A stretch of DNA of 64,000 bases, from assembly GCA_904063045.1 (NCBI GenBank), contig CAJFCJ010000004.1, positions 1,543,713 through 1,607,712 of the forward strand, in the 5' to 3' direction. Shown here piece by piece: positions 40,170-51,127 of this stretch (position 1 is the stretch's first letter; every line of letters begins with the position of its first letter). The notes below the pieces were generated by a model that saw only the letters and a list, made by a program, of their open reading frames with translations, was not told the origin of the DNA and did no database searches. A program made the position numbers and the translations under genes. This DNA comes from Dimorphilus gyrociliatus. Its lineage: Eukaryota; Animalia; Annelida.

Positions 40170-40275
40170 GGTCACGTGACCCGATTCTAGATTTATGAAA
40201 TATTCCCCAACGTTGACCAATCAGCTTTGTTGAAAACACTGTTCCGTTGTCTGCTCTACTTCCGTCCGCCATTTT
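40170..40275. promoter_or_regulatory. Bidirectional promoter between the calpain genes
   Basis: Perfect palindrome GGTCACGTGACC 40170-40181, a CCAAT box near 40217, YY1-like CCGCCATTTT 40266-40275. Confidence 0.55.
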
Positions 40276-40349
40276 CAAGGCAGATTAATCGAATGGAATA
40301 AGTTTTTAGAGTTTTATTTCGTTGTTTGGCGACTTTTAAAGCAAACAAT

Positions 40350-43300
40350 ATGAAAGGCAGAAAATCTGTACCATATGTAAATATACCAAACAACCTCCCG
40401 AAGCCCCAATCTGTTTCTAAAGTCTCTGTAGCAGCTCCAGAAAACTATAGGGCTGATTTAAAACCCGCCAACGTGAGAGAAGAGGATGATAAATGTGATA
40501 AGAACGTTTCTACTCCAAGTGTTATCAGAATAAACAATGCAAAGGATAAGAACGAAAACTTGTTAACCTATATTCAAGCTTTGTCTTTTGAAGATATTTG
40601 GGCTTCTTGCAAGCAGAGTAACAATCTTTTTGAAGACGTTAATTTTCCAGCTACAAATAGCTCTATATTTTGCAATTGCACATCAAAAGTAACCGTTCAA
40701 TGGCAAAGACCATCGGTAAAATTTTATTCATAAAAACAGCTTTATTTCGCATTCTAATAAAATTGCCCTTTTTAGGAAATAACAAAAAAGTTTAATCTGA
40801 AACCTGAACTGTTTGCAAGTAATACAGACACAACGCTAGCTCTGGGAAATTTTGGTTAGTTAATTAACATTCTTCAAAATGCTTGTCTTATAATTATTTA
40901 TCAATATTTATGTTTGATAAGACAAAGATAGCGAATTTTTATTCTATATTTTATTGCGTACCTGTTCTTTGTAATCTAAACGTCTGTACTAGGAACAGTG
41001 CGACGTAAAAATAGAAGGCGTTGTGTACGAACAAATGTTCATCAGCAAATATTAATTTCTTATCTCTTATCTTTTTTAATGATTAATGCTTTTACCAGGA
41101 AGTGAACTTGTGTTAAAATCAAGTAAATATTTTTCACAGGTGACAAATGGGTATTGAATGCTGCTTTAAGCCTAGTAGAAGACACAGAAGGCCTTTTCAC
41201 CATTCTACCAAGAGGGCAGAGTTTTCGCGATGAATGGTACATGGGAGCTTTTCATTTCAATTTCTTTAGAAATGGAACTTGGGAGAAGGTTCTTTTTCAT
41301 CTATTGAATTTCAAAAAGTTAATTGATAATTTCATGCTATCAATTAATCACCAGGTGACAATCGATGATCGCTTACCTACTATTGATGGAAAATTAAATT
41401 TTATTCATTCGTTCACTCCAAACGAATTCTGGGCGAGTCTACTGGAGAAAGCTTACGCAAAGTTAGATAATACTTAGATATATTCTTTATTAGTTCAAGA
41501 ACTTATTACGTGGGTTTTATTTAGGTTTCACGGTAGCTATGAGGCTATGAAAAGTTGTTCTTTTGAGGAAACCTTACACCATTTAACAGGAGGGACAGTG
41601 ATAACTCACAAGTACAAATCTTAACATTTCGTTTTTTATCTTGAGAATATTTAACTAAAGGTTTAATTTATTGCTCATAGTATGGCAGATCTTGATACTA
41701 CTTCTTTGGACGATATAATATTTCAGTCGATAGAATGTAATTGCAAAATTCTTTGTTCAATCATGGTATTTATTCTCACATCTCTTCTAATGTTATTTTA
41801 ATTAACCTCCTCGTATTTTCTTAATATAAGGCCGATGGTCGGAAATGGAACGAGCTACTTAGCAATGGGTTCGTTGCTGAAAGAATGTATGCTATTTTGG
41901 ATATAAGAGGAGTAAGCTTTATATTATGCAAATTTAGAGATAAGTTACAAAAAATTTATATGTAAATATTTTTATTTTCATAGATTAAATTGACAAGAGA
42001 TGATATAGTAAAGCCAGTTACTCTTGTCAAACTAAAGAGTACTGATGGTTTGAGGCTAGAGTGGTCAGGTGCCTGGAATTCTCAGTAAGTTTATTGTTTC
42101 CTTCTAGATAATAAAATAAATAATAGCCGCTTAATAGATGAGATTATACCTTTTTGCATAGTATTATATATGAATTTATAAAGAATTTTTGCCTACAGTT
42201 CTCCTGAATGGCGTAATATTCGATCTGGAGACAAGGAAAAATTAGAATTAACAATAGACAATCACTCTGAAACCTGGTATGTAAACTAAATATTTATATA
42301 AAGTAGATTTATTGGTTGTTATCGATTTGGTGCAAATTTATTACGTGTAACGTGCATTGGTAAAGTCAAAAACATACCAAACTAACCAAACGTTCTCCTT
42401 TAATTAAATAATCAAACATTTTTGTTTAATTCTTTTATCTGAGAAAAAACAATAAGAGAATTACGTCAACAAGAGAATCATTGATAATAACAATAGCTGT
42501 GATGTCAAATAGAGCCTAACACTATTGACAAACAAAAAACTACTCCTTGCAAAAAGTTTTAAGATAACGAACTTTTTTTTAAATTTATTTAGGATTGAAA
42601 TACACGACTTTTATAAGATCTTTACTTCTCTATATGTGTGCTATCCAACCGCTAATCCGTCTACTTTTGGTTCTAAAATGCTAAATAAAGTACAAGAATT
42701 CGAAGGACAATGGTTAAATGGTGTTACTGCTGGGGGACGACCCACTTGTATGGGTATGAAGGCTTAGAAAATATATTAATAAAAATATGTAATTAAAAAT
42801 AATTAAATTAATTTTATAGACTCTTTTTGGGTGAATCCACAATTTGAAGTTAAAGTCCAAAATTCCCCAAAGGGTGGGGCTTTCTTCATAGTTGACTTAA
42901 TACAAAATGACAATCGGCTCATACGCCACAAAGCTCGAATAAATAACGTTGTCGGCATTGCATTATATCAGGTACTTATAAACAGGAACTAGCTTTTTTT
43001 TATTGTTGGTTTTCAAGTAAAGCCTACGTATTAACATTTGACACAGGTCCCCGAGACAACACATGGACGAAAGCTACCGAGAGAGTTCTTCAGAAATAAT
43101 TCCTACTACGCTCGAACTCGGTACTACTCTAATAACTCCCAGGTTCTAAAATCCTCTTATTTACATTTTTACACGTGTTTTCGTTTACAATGTGGTAACT
43201 GGTGAACAGGTGGTACTAAATGCCAATTTAGCAAAGGGTACTTATATCGTTATACCGAGTACATACGATCCTAATCAAGAAGGAGAGTTTATCTTACGAC

Positions 43301-44203
43301 TCGTATATGACGAAGAAAATAACATAGAAATTCGGTTAGTTCTTTAAAGCAATTAATTAGTTAATCCATCGAATAAACATTCTATTCATACTCTATTCAT
43401 TCTCCGACAGACAATTAGGAGATGTAATAAACGTTTCGTATGACATGTTTAATTGTATGCCAAATACTACGTATGACTTAAGAAATAAGTTTCTTGAACT
43501 TTCTGGAGAGGTAAGACCTCACATCTAATGCATTTGCATCTTTTAACTTGCTCTTTCACTGCAGGAGATGAAAATCAACGCTTTTCAACTGGCAACTTTA
43601 TTCTGCGAGCTAAAGCTTAAAGGTAACATTAGTAACACATATCAAATTCCATTCGTAAATCTTTCCTCCGCTAACAGACTTTCAAGCAGACGTTGAAATT
43701 TGTAAAAGTCTTCTATTACTATCAAGAGTATGATTTCATTATCGTATTTGAGTCATTTAACCAATTTATGTATTTGTTACAGCATACATCTGGATATTGT
43801 GATTTCAATGATTTTCTCTTGATTTTCGGCATTTTGTCGTTGTTGATGGTTAGCATTCTCCTTCTTTTCAAACATATCTTATTTCTAATCCAGTATTAAT
43901 TATTAACAATATTTAATTGTCAATAGGAAATATTTACAAGTACTGGAAAGTCATTGAACAAGAAAATTACGGGATATGAATTGGTAGATCTTTGTGAAAA
44001 GTTAGGTAAGCTACTCTTTATGTTCTAAAGTATATTATGTAATAATATGTCTATTCAAAATAGGCCACATCGTTCCTGAGAAGTTTCTGATGGAATCTCT
44101 TTGGAAGTTCACTGACGAGGAAACTAGATTATCATGCGGCAATTTCATTCGCTTTGTATGTTTTTTTACAAGTACATTCTCTGAAGAGCGGAATTCGGCA
44201 TAA
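40350..44203 (+). CDS. Calpain-like pseudo-protease (catalytic triad lost), 19 exons, open reading frame
   Basis: Exons 40350-40715, 40776-40854, 41140-41288, 41355-41461, 41525-41611, 41681-41765, 41831-41911, 41984-42084, 42199-42276, 42593-42753, 42820-42971, 43047-43142, 43210-43334, 43411-43510, 43565-43622, 43678-43727, 43783-43848, 43927-44005, 44064-44203. Retains [55 protein letters not shown]. Confidence 0.88.
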
Positions 44204-44967
44204 GTTGTTTCTTTATTCTTTTTTTTTTGTTCCAATGACTTCCGAACGCCCTAAATCGCCAATAAGAGATTTTGGGTGTAGTAAATATTTTGTTTTTTTT
44301 TTTTTGTTCAAAAGTATTCGCCTGAGGCTATACAGTCTAAACTAAGGTGCTTTAAACAGTATTGTTCAAGCAAAAGTGTCTTCTTTTCTTTGTATACGTT
44401 TAAATCTGTTAAGTTAAATTTATCAGAATTAATATCTTGCCATTATTGTTACATGCTTAAAAAGAAAATAATGAAAAAAATATATATAAGTACTTTATTG
44501 AGTTCACAAAATACATCTTATTATGTAATGTAACATTGTTCAATTAACTATTATTCTTTCAATTTGTATTAGTGATTGAATAATACAAATATAGATAAAT
44601 TAAGATCTATATTTTAAAATTTAGATGATTAACAAAGAAAGAATGATTATTCTATTTCAATGCATTTTACAACGTTTCTTCCCTAAAATAGGAAGAAGGA
44701 AAAATATCCGAAAACGTAGTTCAAAACAGCTAATGCAAAGTTAGTGAAATCTTTAGAACAAACATTTACTGAAGCCGAGTACGTGTGAAGTGAATTTACT
44801 ATTTTCATAATATTGATGCTATTATTTGAACCGATTGAACAGTTTTTTTTATATATATATTCTTTATAACTCTGCAGGACATAAAAAGAACTGATTGATG
44901 GAAGATGTCTATTGTCTTCTTTTCTTGTAAAAAACAAGAGGAAAGAGGATTCTTTCTGTATTTCCAT

Positions 44968-45537
44968 CTAGTAAAAAGATAAATCGGTGTCCTTTTCCTT
45001 TTGATAAATTTCTTCACCGTCTCTATCAAGGAATAATAGGACAGCGGTAGTCAATTGTAAAACTAACGATCCCCATGCTATACCATAAGACCAACTAAAC
45101 ATCCACTTTGATGAGATTTTCTTGCGTTCTTCACTATCTGTCTCTTTTAGAAAGGAGACGGTAAAAACTATCAAACCGATTAAGAGAAGAGTTGATGAGA
45201 CTATATTAGTATAGAAGGCAAATCTGTACAAAGTATATTTAGTGTCGGTTAATTTCACCAATCCAATTGCACTAAGTAATGCAGCTATAAAACATAAGAA
45301 TAAACTAATAATGCACAGCGAAGCGGTGGCATTTATCCAACCCTTACTACCATCTCTACTACAGGTTTCGTTGTTACTTTTCACTGAGCACTCTTGCCAA
45401 AGACCTTGCTTGTAATTATCGGCTTCAAGCCATGCAGGGCTCACCAGAGAGACGATCAAAAGCAATAGAGCGATGACCGACGAGACAAAGGACAGAAACT
45501 TAAACGGTCGTATAACGGTAACAATCCGGGAATCCAT
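44968..45537 (-). CDS. TMEM47: TMEM47-like PMP22/claudin-superfamily tetraspan protein, 189 aa, single exon
   Basis: Four hydrophobic segments, SPAWL, GLWQEC..C extracellular motif, FSWSYGIAWG. Confidence 0.85.
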   Translation of the reverse strand: MDSRIVTVIRPFKFLSFVSSVIALLLLIVSLVSPAWLEADNYKQGLWQECSVKSNNETCSRDGSKGWINATASLCIISLFLCFIAALLSAIGLVKLTDTKYTLYRFAFYTNIVSSTLLLIGLIVFTVSFLKETDSEERKKISSKWMFSWSYGIAWGSLVLQLTTAVLLFLDRDGEEIYQKEKDTDLSFY

Positions 45538-47427
45538 AAATTCCGAGTGTTATGTTTTTATCCGGGAATTCTCTTTCGATCGATCACAGTAAACGTACGG
45601 CACAGGTAGGGGAGAAAATCGATCGATGAGTGCTGCGCAACTACTTCCTTCCTTTTATCAGCCGCCTATCAGACCAAAAATTTTTTCCCGAATAAATAAA
45701 ACAGCTCTAGGTATATTCTGTTATTATAATAACAAGGCCAATTGGCAGCAACCACTCACTATTTGTATTTGTATATCGTAAAGGAAAAACTTTACAACAC
45801 TCCAGCGCCATCTATCGCAGTTCTATGTTATTCTTCAATTGTTGAAGAGGCGTCAATCCGATGACGCGATTAAATTGGTAATTAGGTCAAACTAAACGGT
45901 AATTAGAGTGTACGAAGCATGTATTTAGGAATTTATCGCTTTTTACATGTGAAGTTGTCATGAAACATAGAAAATAATTAGAAATTCGATGATCATTTAA
46001 GTGACGCAGTTTAAAAGTTTGATAAAGGACGAAAAAAAAGTGAAGTAGGGAATAAAAAGGCGAAAACAAATCTATATTCTGTCTCACGTTTCCGTTTGAC
46101 GAGTGTATCGGACGAGATGATGTAAGAGATCGATTCCTACAAAGTATACACTCGCTCTTTTTTTTTCTTGTACATACGGCGTTCGTTCGGAATCGACGCC
46201 CTTGCAAACATATGGCGACGTCGACCATAAACAGCTGGTGCACAATTTACCGGCTCACTTACTCAAGTACCACTTATAGGCGCAGCGCCATACTGCAAGC
46301 ATTCAAATCTCCATAGCTATAAACATAAGCCGGAAAGAGACGTCGCCGGGCTAATTAAAAATATTGTAGGTGGAGTCGGCGGGTAGACGCCCTGGGCAAG
46401 GTCGGCCGGCTTTTACGACGATTCGATCGTGCTGAGCTAATAACGACCGAATTTGGAACCGTTAACTTTCACCTGCGCGTCTCTTGCGTCAAAATCGCGT
46501 GCTTATGTAGGTAAGGATGAAAAGAGTGGAAACGCGTGCGCATCATTCGCAACCTGCTCGCTTCTCAGTAACGCCCTTTTCACTCGACCGACGCCGGGTT
46601 GTTTGCCGCGGTATGCCGGTTTTATGCAGGTCAATCACGACCGCCATGTTGCAGTTCAATGAAGCGCACTGTTTGCCAGCAAATGGTCTGAGCGTCATGG
46701 CGACGATACGTGTTTGCTTGCCTCATGCATATTTATTTGACGAGTCATTCATCTCTAATCTCATTTCCATATCGAGTGGCGTTGATTAAGCGAGTGAGAC
46801 GTAAGACAGGTGTTGCGTAGAAAATACAGTCACACCCATCGTTTTCTATTGTTGTTCGATGCTGCGTAATAATAGCAGCGATCATCTCATAATGCGGAAA
46901 AAGTGCTCTGTATTATATCCCTATTTTAAGTATTGTTCTTCTAGAACGGTAAGGCCCGAGAGACGCCACCAGCTGGTAGCATCTACCCCCGAGCGTTGCT
47001 CGGTAGGACGCCGTACCGCTACAAAACTTTTCCAGTCATTCATTATCTCGCCGCGAAAAACTTGCGGCCCCTAAGACTAATTAGCGACTGGGGGAGACGC
47101 CATGGCATTTAACATTCCTTCGAATTCGCGTGATTCGATGGAAAGAGACGCCTCTCAACGAACGTCGTTTGCGGCTCAGTAATTGCTAAAACGCGCGCCT
47201 TTAATTGCTGCTCAACGCCTTCGCTAATCAACCTCTTCCTGTCGAACGAGCCCCTCGTGATGTCACACGAATGACGTCCTTCCATTGGTTAAACACCAAC
47301 CAATCAGCGTTCGACGTGGCTCATAACGCGTGGCAGCTGCTGTCTTCCCATGTGGGTTAGAACTGCTTGAATAAGTGAGTTATTGCGAGATAAGCGTCGT
47401 TTACAATTAATCTGAAATCGCAGCGAT

Positions 47428-50400
47428 ATGGCGAGTGCGGTCGAAAATTCCCTCATTCGTGGTAAGTTTTTATTTACATCATTTTTCAGTATTTACGAAC
47501 GTAATTAATACAAATCCAACAAATTCTCCATTCGTAACTTAAGAAGTCCAAATGTACAAATTGTTCGTGTAAAAGCATAAAACTTTTAGGTATTAGGTTT
47601 TTTTTGGCATCTTTCGTCACTCTTTCCTCTCTCTCTCTCTCTTTCTCTCTCTCTTTTTCTTTCTCTCCTTCTACCTCCACCTCTCTATCTATCTCTGTGT
47701 TTCATATCTTGCCGCTACCTCTTTATTAGAGCAAAAGATTATCTAAAGTATATTATGAAGTATTTACTAAACGTGTCGTATTGAATTAGACAATAACTTT
47801 TATGACTGCAATCACTATTTACATTAATATGTTGATGTTGTAAAGCTCTGCTCAAATATACTTCGAGTGTCTACTCGAAAGCTTACAGGTAAATAACTCT
47901 TGCTCCCTAGACATGATAATTCGGTTGCTAAAAGAGATGATGCACCTGCCTATTTAAAAAAAAAGAAGCAAGACGTACTCATAAATCTATGTATAACTAT
48001 ATTAGCTTATTGGCGGCGTTTATGTACAGAATATATGTATATTTAAAGTGTGGGTATAAATCTTAACTTACCTTACAGCTTCTATTTACAATACTTATTT
48101 ATTTATTATATTTGTACTAAGAGTATAAAATATGAAGGAGAATGGAAATTAGCGAATAAGTATATACAGAGTAATAGAACATTTATATATTTATATTTTC
48201 CTTTCTGTTTTGCTACTACTGAAAGAAAACTGTTATCTATTGTCGAATCGCCGGGACTTGACCTCCCGACAGGACACGCGAGTATACAGACGTCGATAAA
48301 GATCTCATGTTCCGTAAAGGGGTAAAGAGAGAAAAGAGACGTTTTTCGCGTCATATATTTCCCCCTCGGGGTTAGGCGGAGAGTCGACGAGAAAACGCGT
48401 CTAACGCCAATTCGAATTCGAATTCGGTCTGTTAAGCGGAGCGTGCATTTCGCCTATGTCGTCTAGTTGGCAGTTTAATAGCCGAAATAATAACTGTGTA
48501 TGTATATGATTTTTTTCCAGCAGTTCGCGTGTGTGGGTTTGCATCCCTCCCATATCCCTCCTCTTTTCGTTTTTTTCTTTTTCCTTTTCCTCTTCGGTAA
48601 TTAGATAGGCTATAGGACAACTTTTTCAGAATTACTGCAGGTTTTTAACTTCTTATTAGGATAGGGGATTTAAGGGGTCAAATAAGAGAGAGTTAATTAA
48701 AGTTGTGCTAAAAAAAGGCGGGTAGCGCCTGCGCACCTGGATAGTATGTCCACGGGTTATGAGCAAGGTATGAAAGGAGGTTGTCGGCACCCGGAAGATG
48801 GACAAAGGTCAGGGAAGAGATGAAAATGGTGTAAAATCAGCGGGAGTTGACGAAAGCATTTCGTAATTTGACAGTAATGACAATGCGCTCCTCATTCCTT
48901 TCTTTTTCCCGTTCCTTCTTTTTTCTATTTACGCTTTCTTGCTTTTGTATTTTTCGGTCTGCGCGTGCGCAAACGAAACGGCTTGTTTATTCTGTAAGAC
49001 GTAATCGGCGAAATGAACTCTCTTCAACGCGGCGTCGTGTAATTACCGTTCAAACGGCTCGGGAAAACAAGCGCTAAACCGGTAGCGACTGTTCAAACAG
49101 TGTCATCGGGCGGTTCGTTAATGAGTTTTACTTCTTTATTTCTTACGTAAACGTCGACTATAACGTTCTTTATTCTTTTCACTCAATAGATAAATCCACT
49201 CAAAACATCTTCGCTTCTGCCAAACGTTTAGCCGGCAACGATTCATCTGATCAATCATCAAGATCTACACCATCCCCAACAACTCCCCCACCATCCTCAT
49301 CCATCTCATCGACACCCGTCGTCATTCCACCTCCGAGCAACGTCTACATGCATTCCACGGACGGAGGTCTTCTACAGTCTCATAGAAAACCGGAAGCACT
49401 CTGCCTGGTATGCGGGGACAGAGCTTCAGGAAAGCACTACGGGGTCCAATCGTGCGATGGTTGTCGCGGCTTCTTCAAAAGGTCGATCAGGAGAGAGATG
49501 GACGTCAAGTATGTTTGCAAAGAGAATGGTCAGTGTATCGTAGACGTAGCCAGGCGGAATCAATGTCAAGCGTGCAGATTTAGAAAGTGTAACGAAGTCG
49601 GTATGAAGAAAGAAGGTATGTACCCTGACTACCAAACACAATAAATAAGAAACTAATTAGTTATGTTTGGTCATATAATTCTTTCTAATCCAACCATCTA
49701 TCCATTCAGCTGTTCAGCACGAACGCGCTCCAAGATGCTATCAATACAAGAGGGAAAGTCCGGATTATTCCGGAGAGAAGAGGATGGAATATCCGGGAGT
49801 GTCTCCCTACAATGCAGCTTCCTTCCTCGACCGTGCCAGATTAGAGCACTATACGCACTTCCAACAATATAGCCCACCAGTAGGCCTGACGCCAGATATA
49901 GGCTATCACCATCCAGCAATTTTTGGCCCCCTACCGCTATTGCGGCCTACTTCTACATCCATTCAACCACCCGCTTCGCCAACGGTCGAAATCAAGGTGG
50001 AGGGGAAGGAATCTCCCGATGAGTCTAAAAAGCAAAACGGTACGTGGTTTTTGTTTCTTTCTCTGCAAACTTAAAAAAAATAAAAAGTAGGCGGAGAGAT
50101 GCCAAGCGGCGCGGCGCTTTTAACGACGACCAGCACGCGTCTTCAGCTGCCGCAGCTGTGTCGAACACGTTTCTTCGCGCGTTGACGCCCACCAATTTTG
50201 AAAAATCGTTTCAAAGTCATTTTTTAATCGATTATTTCATAATAAAAATTCCATTACAACGAATGAAATTTATCAATAGAATCAAGAGAACCAAAGGAAT
50301 CGGCGAAAAAAGACGATAAATCCCCCTCTAGTACTCAACAACCCTCGTCGACGTTTCCCTCAGTAGACGCCTTCCATTATTCGAACATTACAACAGAAAA

Positions 50401-51127
50401 TCTGTTTGAAACGGCCGCAAGGTACTTGTAAATAAAATACATTCAAAAGTCGGAGTGTATGAAACATATGTCGATATAATTGCAGGTTGCTATTCATGTC
50501 CGTGAAATGGGCTAGAAACATTCCGTCATTCCTTCAACTTCCGTTTAGAGACCAGGCAATTCTACTGGAAGAGAGCTGGAGCGATTTATTCATTTTAAGC
50601 GCAGCTCAATGGTCTCTTCCTATAGATATAGGCACTTTAGCAGCTTCCGCTTCAACAGCAGCAGATACTAGTGGAACTGAAAGAGCGTCTCTGATCGTGG
50701 GTCAACTACGAAGCTTGCAGGATGTACTTTCCCGATTTTCATCATTAAGAGTCGATGCAACCGAGTACGCATGCTTAAAGGCTATCGTCCTCTTCAAAAA
50801 TGGTAAGGAAATGAGAAAAATTGAATTAAATGCATTCCTCTTCTTTTCGCCACTTATTTTTTCTAATCCATATTATCCTGTACGACAGTGAGAGGATTAC
50901 GCGACGCTGCTCAAGTAGAAACGCTGCAGGATCAGGCACAATTAATGCTAAGCGAATACGCCTGTTCGCAATACCCAAATTCGAAAGTACGATTCGGAAA
51001 GATTCTCCTCTTATTACCAGCACTTAGAGCAGTTGGATCCAGGACAATTGAAGAGGTTTTCTTTAGAAAGACGATCGGTAGCATACCGATTGAGAGGCTG
51101 TTGTGCGACATGTTTAAATCTAGTTGA
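47428..51127 (+). CDS. NR2E-subfamily nuclear receptor (PNR-like / NR2E6 type)
   Basis: Exons 47428-47461, 49190-49615, 49710-50039, 50364-50421, 50486-50802, 50889-51127. C4 fingers [64 protein letters not shown]-2 [11 protein letters not shown]. Confidence 0.93.
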
